A stretch of 64,000 nucleotides of DNA. Origin: an uncultured Melioribacteraceae bacterium (GTDB lineage Bacteria; Bacteroidota; Ignavibacteria; Ignavibacteriales; Melioribacteraceae). Within the stretch, counting starts at the first letter, position 1; each line of letters begins with the position of its first letter. The notes under the pieces were generated by a model. It was not told the origin of the DNA and did not search any database. It was given only the letters and a program-made list of their open reading frames with translations. Below are positions 17,973 to 26,341 of this stretch, piece by piece. Location: the NCBI GenBank assembly GCA_965370315.1, contig CBDUTO010000003.1, positions 13,527 to 77,526 on the forward strand, given 5' to 3'. The translations under genes and the position numbers were made by a program.

Positions 17973-20333
17973 TTAAAAATTAATTTTAAATTTCATTCCA
18001 ATAACAATAGGCTCTTTTACAAATCCGCTCTGTCTGGGATATTGGCGGAGATTCCCCGGTTCCCAATATTGTATAACATAACGCACATTATTTACGCTTA
18101 TAATATTCATTGCAAATAATGATAACTCCATATTGAATGATTCAGAATCCACTTTCCAATTAACTGAAATATTTGACGTAAATGAATTTTCTCCATATCC
18201 GTGATCGTGTAAAGCATTGTATATCGCATTCATTTCATCTTTCGATTCCTGAGCTCCATAATTATCATGAACATCTTTAAAATTCATTAATAGATCTTCT
18301 TGTTGATAATCAAGACTCATTCTACAATCGAGATGAAGATTTAGATTATAGGGTAATTTTTGATTATAATAAAATTTGATAGAATGTACCGGCAGATTGT
18401 TAATTCTATTTTGTCCATAATCAGAAATATATATTTTATCAATATTTTCTGATCCTGTAGCAAGATTCACATCGACATATGCTTCTAGTTCAACTTCAGG
18501 TGTCCAGTTCAATTGATTGATAAATGAATAGCTTCCACTAAAATTGAAATTAGTATTTGTGTATTTAATTTCAGCATCGAATCCTGCTAATTTAAAAGTA
18601 CCAACTAATCCGGATTGATTTGTTGGAAGCCATGCAATCTGATCTATTGTATTATAATATCCAGAAAAATTAAAATTTAGATTTTTATTTTGCATTCTTC
18701 CATAAATAACTTCAAATCCCCTTAAAATCTCAGGGTCAGAAGAAGTTCCTGAAATGATATACTCTGAATACAAGTCACGAAATGTAGGAAGTCTTACAGA
18801 TTGTTGATAAATGACTTTAATTACATTTTTCTTGTTTAATTTATAGATCCAAGCTAAGCGGGGAGAAATTGCCCATTTTGAATATTTGTGTTTATCTGCT
18901 CGCCCAGAAATTAAGATTGTATTTTTGTCCGTAACATCAATATTTGCTTCAAAAAACCCTGACACAAAATTTGTCCTTAGTTGATCTTCAATCAGGCTGC
19001 AAAAATTACTTCCATATTGTTGATAAAATCCAGATGTAGTATCATAAACAGCAAATCTTATTGGAGCCTGGAACCCCAGAATAAAAGAATTGTCATCCAT
19101 TCCCCACTCTGGACCATAACTTTTATATACATATTCTCCACCTACTGCAAATCTATACTTTTCATTAAGATCAAAATTAAGCTGACTTTTTACAAACAAA
19201 TCACTTTCGGAAAATGAGTTGTTTCGTTGAGTAATATGATCAGATGGTTTATTAGTGCCCTGATAAAATGAAATATCCCTATGACTCTGTGACGAATATC
19301 CAAGTGAAGATTTGAGAGTTACAAATTGAGAGAAATGATGCTTGTTTTCAAAAACAGCAGTGAACTGTTTGTATAATAAGCCTGGAAAATCAGACCCATC
19401 GGCCGTTTCACTCTTTTGCTGTTGCTTAGTAAAATTAGATGATGTATATCTTGTCCAGAGACGAAATTCATTAAAAAACTCAACATCTAGTTGAAGTTTA
19501 ATTTCAGGTTTATCCCAATAATTTTCATAGAAGTTAGGAGCAGGAGTGCCGAGTCCCTTATTTCCCCATTCCGGAGACATAAAACCATAGCCATAACCAT
19601 GTGCCCTGTCAACATAGAAAAATTTTGGATTTTTTTGCCCTTTTGATAATGTGTAACTTCCTCGGATGAAAGCCTTAACATTCTCTGTATTATATCCATA
19701 GCTTGCACTTCCAATTCCATATCTATATCCCAAATTCCACTCCGTTGAGATAGTAAGCCCTTCAGAAGAGACGGCATTTTTTGTTTTAATATTTATGACA
19801 CCTCCAATTGCACCGGGACCATATGTTACCGATCCAGGACCACGGATTATTTCAATTGTTTCAATATCACCTAAATCTTTATTCAGCATTTCTGTTAATG
19901 GCTGCCCCATATATGCATCATTCATTCTTACACCATTTACAATAAGCATGTATGAAGAATTCATATCTCCAGATACTCCTCTAATGCCTATTCTTGGACC
20001 CAGCCAATGATTTACAAAAGTTGCAGAGGGCACATAAATTTCAATTAGATCAAACAGGTTTCTCGCCGAACTTACTGCAATATCTTCTTTTGTGATTACT
20101 GTAAATGAGACAGGGATATCAGAACGCTTCATTTCTGTAATAGTACCTGTAAAAACTTTAACTTCCATTAATTCTTCGAGAGACATATTAAAAAGTTTAT
20201 TGTATTTTTTCTCCTTTGTATCTTGAGCAATTATATGAATTGATTGTAACAAAAGAAAAACAACAAACAATAAAACAGGCATTCTTTCCAATACAGACAA
20301 AAGCAATTTTGATTTGTTTTGATTATTATTCAT
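17973..20333 (-). CDS. TonB-dependent outer-membrane receptor
   Basis: 786 aa. Signal peptide, MSLEELMEVKVFTG lead-in, plug (FTVITKEDIAVSSARNLFDLIEIYVP, NGVRMND, IETIEIIRGPGSVTYGPGAIGGVINIKTK), barrel ending ...KFKINF. A GGTGG Shine-Dalgarno-like sequence lies upstream of the ATG. Confidence 0.85.
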   Translation of the reverse strand: MNNNQNKSKLLLSVLERMPVLLFVVFLLLQSIHIIAQDTKEKKYNKLFNMSLEELMEVKVFTGTITEMKRSDIPVSFTVITKEDIAVSSARNLFDLIEIYVPSATFVNHWLGPRIGIRGVSGDMNSSYMLIVNGVRMNDAYMGQPLTEMLNKDLGDIETIEIIRGPGSVTYGPGAIGGVINIKTKNAVSSEGLTISTEWNLGYRYGIGSASYGYNTENVKAFIRGSYTLSKGQKNPKFFYVDRAHGYGYGFMSPEWGNKGLGTPAPNFYENYWDKPEIKLQLDVEFFNEFRLWTRYTSSNFTKQQQKSETADGSDFPGLLYKQFTAVFENKHHFSQFVTLKSSLGYSSQSHRDISFYQGTNKPSDHITQRNNSFSESDLFVKSQLNFDLNEKYRFAVGGEYVYKSYGPEWGMDDNSFILGFQAPIRFAVYDTTSGFYQQYGSNFCSLIEDQLRTNFVSGFFEANIDVTDKNTILISGRADKHKYSKWAISPRLAWIYKLNKKNVIKVIYQQSVRLPTFRDLYSEYIISGTSSDPEILRGFEVIYGRMQNKNLNFNFSGYYNTIDQIAWLPTNQSGLVGTFKLAGFDAEIKYTNTNFNFSGSYSFINQLNWTPEVELEAYVDVNLATGSENIDKIYISDYGQNRINNLPVHSIKFYYNQKLPYNLNLHLDCRMSLDYQQEDLLMNFKDVHDNYGAQESKDEMNAIYNALHDHGYGENSFTSNISVNWKVDSESFNMELSLFAMNIISVNNVRYVIQYWEPGNLRQYPRQSGFVKEPIVIGMKFKINF

Positions 20334-20490
20334 TTTTTACCACCTTAAATATTTCAGGTTTTACAGAACTGAACAAAAGGCATTTCAATTAAAACGTCAG
20401 CTTTCAAAGCTTGTATTCAGACTGCTATTACGAGAATAGATTCAGTTTTCTCATTTTTTCTGATTATGCCAAAAATTTCTTCTACTCGAT

Positions 20491-21663
20491 CTAATTAAAC
20501 TCATACTCAACTTTATTAAGTTTATACTTTTCTGGTTGTTTATAAATATCTAAGATCAAATTGCGATCAAAACTTTTTCTTACCTCTTCCCATTTGCTAC
20601 TTCCAGGTACTTTGTTTAATTCTTTTAGAAATCTGAATTCTTTATAGAGCAAACTATTAATTTGCGTATCATCTTCACTTGAAATAATAGAGTACTTTGA
20701 ATTATATCTGAGAATATCCTTCAGTGCCAAGTCGGCAATTTCTGCCGCAGTTAATATGCTTTTTTCTCCGCTCAACCTTTCAATTTCTATTAAATTAAAA
20801 TCAGATGCGGCAAGCAAATTAATTCTATCAGCTTTTAACCAGTTAATTGCTCTGATAACAGCAGCAAGAATATGATTAACAACCTCATAATTTTTAGCTG
20901 CAAATTCTTTTAAAAAATATAAATATCCAGTGGATATTCTTTTAAACGTTATAAAATTTTTTGGATAGAGTTTTTGAGATGAAGCCACAATTGGTTCCCA
21001 TGCAGAGAAGAGGTCAATCTCATTATTATGTAATGCATTTGCCATAGATGTAACATCAAGGGGAATTAAACTCACATCGTTTTCTTTAATTCCTTCACCT
21101 TGCAATAAATCTAAAAGAAAATAATGTGATATCGATCCTAAAGGATACCCAATTCGCTTCCCCTCCAAATCATTTGTTAGCATCGGCTTTCTTGAAACAA
21201 TAGAAACATTACCCTTCTGTAAGAGTACTGGAATTAGAATATCAAAATTTGAGGATGCGGATAATGCAGGCATATCCCCACCAACACCGGCAACCAGTTC
21301 TTTTTGTTTCAGAAAACAATTAAGATCTGCACCTTTTAAATATGGAAAATATGCGATTCTCTTTCCTAATAGTCTCAGTTCTTGCTTTAGAATTTTATCC
21401 CGTTTTATAACTTCAAAGATAATTCCGGTAGGTAAGTATAGAGGTTGGAAACCAATATTTATTGTTGAGTCATTATTATAAATGTATTGGGAATAAATAG
21501 GATGATTTTGTATATCCGGTTGTTGAATTAGAGAACTCACTTCCGTTTTATCATTCACTGATAAAAAAAAGACCATTGCTGTAGTTCCAATCACAATAAG
21601 TAATAGAACAATGTTTCTAATTTTAATTTTGGGAAGAAGCAATTTATTATTGTTAAAAATCAT
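20491..21663 (-). CDS. Membrane-anchored periplasmic-binding-protein-like protein (NMT1/SsuA-TauA-type fold suspected)
   Basis: 390 aa with an N-terminal TM (IVLLLIVIGTTAMVFFLSV). The body has the typical two-lobe binding-protein pattern (IGFQPLYLPTG..., GDMPALSAS, LEGKRIGYPLGSISHYFLLDLL, IDLFSAWEPIVAS). The family assignment is tentative. Confidence 0.5.
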   Translation of the reverse strand: MIFNNNKLLLPKIKIRNIVLLLIVIGTTAMVFFLSVNDKTEVSSLIQQPDIQNHPIYSQYIYNNDSTINIGFQPLYLPTGIIFEVIKRDKILKQELRLLGKRIAYFPYLKGADLNCFLKQKELVAGVGGDMPALSASSNFDILIPVLLQKGNVSIVSRKPMLTNDLEGKRIGYPLGSISHYFLLDLLQGEGIKENDVSLIPLDVTSMANALHNNEIDLFSAWEPIVASSQKLYPKNFITFKRISTGYLYFLKEFAAKNYEVVNHILAAVIRAINWLKADRINLLAASDFNLIEIERLSGEKSILTAAEIADLALKDILRYNSKYSIISSEDDTQINSLLYKEFRFLKELNKVPGSSKWEEVRKSFDRNLILDIYKQPEKYKLNKVEYEFN

Positions 21664-21701
21664 GTTTCCTCTATATTCTCAAATTTATTTATCTAAATCA
21701 A

Positions 21702-22526
21702 TCACCTTTTCTTATAAATCTTACACTCTTTATTAGTTCTATTAAATTTATTCTTATATTTTTCAGGTAGCTCTTCTGCTTCGCCTAAAACTAGATACCC
21801 ACCTGGATTTAATGCACGGTACAATTTTTTATATATAATTTCTTGAAACTCGGTATTGAAATAAATTAATAGATTACGACAGAGAATAATATCAAAGCTG
21901 CCATATATGCTTTCAGGAGGAAAATACGATTTTGTATCGAGCATATCAAACTCTGAAAAACTGACCATCTCCTTTATTTCAGATTTCAATTGAAACACAT
22001 TTACTCTTGTATTAAAATATTTTTCTAATAAGTGGTATTTTATACTCTTAATACTTTCAAAAGAATAGATACCTTCTGCTGCTGATTTTAGTGTTTTCTT
22101 ATCAATATCCGTTGCAATTATTGTTGTAATTAAATTCAAGCCTTCCTTTTTAATTATTTCATTTATAAGAATCGCTATAGAATATGGTTCTTCTCCAGCA
22201 GCACAACCTGCTGACCAAACACGCAAGGGAGAATTATTTGATTTAATTTTTTCTATGATCAACTTTGGTAATATATAATCAGCAATAAATTCAAAATTGA
22301 ATGTATTTCTAAAAAACCTGCTCACATTTATTGTAAGTACATCAATTAGCTTATCTAGCTCCAATTCGTTTTGTTCAAGATACTTGTGGTACTCATTTAT
22401 ATCTGAAGAAATAGTTGCAAAAATTCTTTTATCAATACGTCTATTAATCATGGCAGTGCGGTTCCCAGAAAAATCAAGTCCACGTTTTAATTTAAGATAT
22501 TGTAATATGTTAGTTGCATTAGTCAT
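21702..22526 (-). CDS. cheR: CheR-type protein-glutamate O-methyltransferase
   Basis: 274 aa. CheR_N-like segment (LDFSGNRTAMINRRIDKRI..., INVSRFFRN). SAM-binding core LRVWSAGCAAGEEPYSIAILI, ATDID, FDIILCRNLLIYFN. Confidence 0.85.
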   Translation of the reverse strand: MTNATNILQYLKLKRGLDFSGNRTAMINRRIDKRIFATISSDINEYHKYLEQNELELDKLIDVLTINVSRFFRNTFNFEFIADYILPKLIIEKIKSNNSPLRVWSAGCAAGEEPYSIAILINEIIKKEGLNLITTIIATDIDKKTLKSAAEGIYSFESIKSIKYHLLEKYFNTRVNVFQLKSEIKEMVSFSEFDMLDTKSYFPPESIYGSFDIILCRNLLIYFNTEFQEIIYKKLYRALNPGGYLVLGEAEELPEKYKNKFNRTNKECKIYKKR

Positions 22527-22571
22527 ATAAATCAGTTAGATATTGATGCCAAATTATTTTTCACTTACTCC

Positions 22572-24368
22572 TCACTCTGGAACATTATATTTGGGATGTT
22601 CATTTTGATTGTCTAATAAATTATTTATCTCATTTTTTAATTCTATCATTCTATTTTCTCTATTTACAAAGAATTTATTCATTTTATCTAACTCACTAAT
22701 TTTTTCTTTTAGTTTTTCAATTGCATTATGGCGTTCTGTGATATTACGTCTATTCACAACGAATCCCATAATTTTGTTATTAAATCCGTAATATGGATAA
22801 TAGGTAGTCTCCATATAGCACCGTCCCTTAGCTGGAAAATCAAACCACCCTTGATAGTTGATTTGGTCACCAGATATACAACGCTCACCATTATTCTTGA
22901 TAGTAGAATTAAAGAATTCTTCTCCAAAAACATTAGCCACAGTATTTCCAATCAACTCTTCACGAGTCAATTTGAATGCCTCCATATATGCTTTATTTAC
23001 TGCAAGATATCTGAATTGTTTATCCAAAAGCGCAAGCATATCGTTAGAGCTAGATACAATATACTCATATTGACATAGTACTTCTTCCGATTCTTTATAC
23101 TCTGTAATATCAATAATATTTCCAACAACTTTATGTAGTTTACCATCTTTATAAATGGGTCGGCCTGAGGTACGGACCCACATTTGTTTCTTTTTAGCAT
23201 TAGTAAATCTTAGTTCTAAATTATATGGGATCCCTTTACTCACACACTCTTCAAATGCTTTGGTAATAGTTGGAATATCATCTTTATGATAATATTTGAA
23301 TCCATCTTGGGCATCTTTAATAGGTGATTTGGGCAGGGCATGAATACGATAAGTTTCACCAGTCCAAATTATTTGTCCATTGGAAATTCTATATTCCCAT
23401 CCACCAACTCTAGATAGTTTTTGAGTCTCATTTAGCAAATATTCACTCTTTCTAAGTGCTTTTTGATCTAAAACATGTTCAGTAATATCACGGTTATTTC
23501 CTCTTCTTCCCACCCAACCATCACTCTTATCATTCACTAGACTACAGTGATGTGCTATCCATTTTTCTTCGCCAGAGCGTGTTATGATAGGAAATTCTGT
23601 CTTAAAGATTGGATCCTTCCAATTCCTTTCATTTTTGTAATGGCTAGTAACTTCCTCCCTAAAATCCTTTCTTATTATTTTAAAAAATAACTCAGGTTTT
23701 TTTTTGAATTCTTCAACTGTGTATCCGGTGATTCTCTCTACGGATGGAGATATGTATAAATACTCTCCAGTAGGACTAATCAAGTATTCCCAATCATGAG
23801 TATACTCAGCTAACAGTTTGTATTTTTGTTTGCTCGCTTTTAACTCTTGTTCCATTTTCTTACGATTTGTAATATCTTGAAACACACAATAGATTTTTTC
23901 GACACTCCCGTCCGGATAATAGCCGATAGATCCTTCAAATGAGATATCCAAATCACTTCCATCTTTGTGCTTTATCTTAAAAAGTATATCAGATACATAA
24001 CCACGTTTTTTAAATTCTAGGAAGTGTTTTTCGAAATGAGGTTTCCAATCTGGATGTAAAAGATCTACAAACCGCTTTCCAATAACCTCCTCACGATTGT
24101 AACCAAGCGTTCTTATCCATGCTGGGTTTATTTCAATCAAACAACCATCGACATTGAGAGATTGATAGGACAAAGGCGCATTATTGAATAGTGCTGATAA
24201 TTTCTCTTTGCTTTCTTCTAAAACATCGGATATTTTTTTTTGTTTATTTAATTTAGAATTCAACAAATGGTTGTTCTTTTCCAAATCAGATATTATACTT
24301 TTTAAATTATTATTTTCGTTTTGAAGGAAGAAGAACCCTGGATTAGCCTCTTTCATATTGTGCTCCAT
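22572..24368 (-). CDS. Multi-PAS sensor protein (about four PAS domains), no output domain
   Basis: 598 aa. N-terminal coiled coil, repeated PAS/PAC units (LSALFNNAPLSYQSL..., ..DITNRKKMEQEL.., ..DITEHVLDQKAL.., ..DITEYKESEE.., ..NITERHNAIEKL..), C-terminal coiled coil. No H-box or other output motif seen. Confidence 0.8.
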   Translation of the reverse strand: MEHNMKEANPGFFFLQNENNNLKSIISDLEKNNHLLNSKLNKQKKISDVLEESKEKLSALFNNAPLSYQSLNVDGCLIEINPAWIRTLGYNREEVIGKRFVDLLHPDWKPHFEKHFLEFKKRGYVSDILFKIKHKDGSDLDISFEGSIGYYPDGSVEKIYCVFQDITNRKKMEQELKASKQKYKLLAEYTHDWEYLISPTGEYLYISPSVERITGYTVEEFKKKPELFFKIIRKDFREEVTSHYKNERNWKDPIFKTEFPIITRSGEEKWIAHHCSLVNDKSDGWVGRRGNNRDITEHVLDQKALRKSEYLLNETQKLSRVGGWEYRISNGQIIWTGETYRIHALPKSPIKDAQDGFKYYHKDDIPTITKAFEECVSKGIPYNLELRFTNAKKKQMWVRTSGRPIYKDGKLHKVVGNIIDITEYKESEEVLCQYEYIVSSSNDMLALLDKQFRYLAVNKAYMEAFKLTREELIGNTVANVFGEEFFNSTIKNNGERCISGDQINYQGWFDFPAKGRCYMETTYYPYYGFNNKIMGFVVNRRNITERHNAIEKLKEKISELDKMNKFFVNRENRMIELKNEINNLLDNQNEHPKYNVPE

Positions 24369-24473
24369 TTGTTATGCTACTAAGTATTGCAGAACTAGGA
24401 AGTATACATTGATACTTAATATAATAGTTACATGTTACAATGTAAAGAGAAAGCGGTTCTTGAGAGAAACAGC

Positions 24474-24799
24474 TGCCACTCTTTATTTGCTCATCCACAA
24501 AAAGAAACCATCAAACTCCATTAATTACTGCATTAATATTTCATAGTTTTACTTTATCCTAAAACAAACTATTTCCCAAAAAATGATAGAATCAATCATC
24601 ACCTTTGTATTGAGTCTTTGCAAATCAAGAACTCAGCTAGGATTAGAAAAAATGGTTTTAAGAAAATTTGTTTTAAATGTCATTCCCATCAAAATAATTC
24701 TAAATCCAAGTCGATATTCTTAACTGAGGAACAACTTAATTAAAACTCAGTAGAGATCTTTGTTGTAATTCAACACTTATGAGGTTTTGGATAGGGACA
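24474..24799 (+). mobile_element. MITE-like internal-deletion derivative (326 bp) of the IS at 54886-56220
   Basis: The left end tgccactctttatttgctcatccaca aligns with the IS left end tgtccctgttcatttgctcatccaca. It keeps ~30 degenerate transposase N-terminal codons (MIESIITFVLSLCKSRTQL...). It joins directly to a right end ...gtagagatctttgttgtaattcaacacttatgaggttttggatagggaca. Confidence 0.65.
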
Positions 24800-24918
24800 A
24801 CTTATTATCAAATAAGATTAGTTTAAATAGTTATATTCACATAGCATCATTATAGAATAAGAAATATTTAATTATAGTATACTAATTAATATTGACAACT
24901 TAAAAACTTTGTGGACTT

Positions 24919-26088
24919 ATGTTAAACATTGCATTATTTGGCCCTCCCGGAGCCGGGAAAGGAACACAGTCAGAATTCCTTTTAAAAATATTTAATCTCT
25001 TTTACATTTCAACTGGTGATTCTTTACGTAAAGAAATAGCCGAAAAAACTAAATTAGGCTTGGAAGCACAAAGCATTATTGCATCCGGAGGGTTGGTTTC
25101 TGATGAAATTATTGTTCAGATTATAGAAAAAACTATTACAGATAATCCAAATGCCAACGGATTTTTATTTGATGGATTTCCCCGCACATATGTTCAGGCG
25201 TATATTCTAGAAGGTTTAATGATAAAATTAAATACTTCGCTTAATTGTTTGATCAACATTAATGTTGATGAGGAAGAATCTGTTTCTCGTCTTTTGAACA
25301 GAGGAAAATCTTCCGGACGTTCTGATGATAATGAAACTGTGATTAGAAATCGACTTGTTGAATATAATGTAAAAACTCGTCCAGTAATGCAGTTTTACAA
25401 AGACAGAAAAGTATATTTTGAAGTTGAAGGTTACGACTCAATTGAAAATGTACATAGAAGGATAATAAATATTTTACAGGACGAACTCAGTAAATCACTT
25501 TATAATATTGTTCTTTTCGGTTATCCTGGCTGCGGGCGGGGTTCGCAGGGTCAAGCACTTGCTGAAAAATTTGATCTTGAATATATTGCCACTGGCAAAA
25601 TGCTTGAAGATGAAATTAAAGATAATACCGAAGTTGGGATGAAAATATTAGAACTATATGAAAATGGTCAACTTGTGCCCGATGAAATTGTTGTACAATT
25701 GATTGAGAAAAAACTTGCGAACTCAAAAGGTGTTAAGGGGTATATTTTCAAGGGCTTTCCGAGAACTCTTGTACAATCTTACATATTAGACGGGCTTTTA
25801 AAAAAGCATGGTTCTAAAATATCAAAGGTAATAGAGTTTGAAGTCCCAATACTTGAACTTATCAATAGGCTTGATGCACGGAGCAAGACTGATAAATGTA
25901 TGCCATACGATAGCAATACTGCTAAAATTGTTAAGCGTCTACAGGAACATGAAAATAAAACCATTCCAGTAATTGAAAAATATGAACAGCTGCATGATTT
26001 TAAAAAAATTGACGGCATGGGTACATTCGAAGAAGTATTTGAAAGAACTGTAGTTGATATTGAAAACGGGATGAAACATATGAGATAA
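24919..26088 (+). CDS. adk: Fused tandem adenylate kinase (two short-LID adenylate-kinase domains in one 389-aa protein)
   Basis: Domain 1: FGPPGAGKGTQ, ISTGDSLRKEI, DGFPRT, NRGKSSGRSDDNETVIRNRL. Domain 2: FGYPGCGRGSQ, IATGKMLEDEI, KGFPRT, LDARSKTDKCMPYDSN. Confidence 0.85.
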   Translation: MLNIALFGPPGAGKGTQSEFLLKIFNLFYISTGDSLRKEIAEKTKLGLEAQSIIASGGLVSDEIIVQIIEKTITDNPNANGFLFDGFPRTYVQAYILEGLMIKLNTSLNCLININVDEEESVSRLLNRGKSSGRSDDNETVIRNRLVEYNVKTRPVMQFYKDRKVYFEVEGYDSIENVHRRIINILQDELSKSLYNIVLFGYPGCGRGSQGQALAEKFDLEYIATGKMLEDEIKDNTEVGMKILELYENGQLVPDEIVVQLIEKKLANSKGVKGYIFKGFPRTLVQSYILDGLLKKHGSKISKVIEFEVPILELINRLDARSKTDKCMPYDSNTAKIVKRLQEHENKTIPVIEKYEQLHDFKKIDGMGTFEEVFERTVVDIENGMKHMR

Positions 26089-26149
26089 ATATAAACTTAC
26101 CCACAAGTTCATTGGGCTGAATAATCGAAATAAATGAGGCAATTTCCAT

Positions 26150-26249
26150 CCAAATTAGACTGAACATTCTTCATTGAGGAGCAACTATATTAAAACTAAG
26201 TAGAGATTTTTGTTGATATTCAACACGGATGAGGTTTTGGACAGGGACA
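26150..26249 (+). mobile_element. Solo right-end fragment (~100 bp) of the same IS
   Basis: caaattagactgaacattc...aaaactaagtagagatttttgttgatattcaacacggatgaggttttggacagggaca aligns with 56120-56220 of the intact copy. Confidence 0.6.
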
Positions 26250-26341
26250 GCTACCCACTCTTTTTTGAGCCTTTTTTACAAAATCCACCAATGGCTGTTT
26301 GATTCTAGTTACTTTGTTTTTCTTAATTCTATTTCTCACAC

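Noticed and set aside
20334-20490. Possible cobalamin or other riboswitch in the leaders of the TonB receptor genes (also 54731-54885 and 61145-61540)
   Set aside because: I found no B12-box-like GCCACTG core or other conserved riboswitch cores. The leaders are simply AT-rich.
20491-24368. A chemotaxis operon
   Set aside because: Only CheR is present. No MCP, CheA, CheW, CheB or CheY-FliM-type components are in the window.
24903-24910. Bacteroidota-type -7 promoter box (TAnnTTTG-like aaactttg) just upstream of adk
   Set aside because: The match is imperfect and sits only about 10 bp from the ATG. It is not strong enough to annotate as a promoter.
25779-26142. Minus-strand ORFs overlapping the 3' end of adk
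   Set aside because: They are antisense to a well-supported gene, with hydrophobic low-complexity translation.
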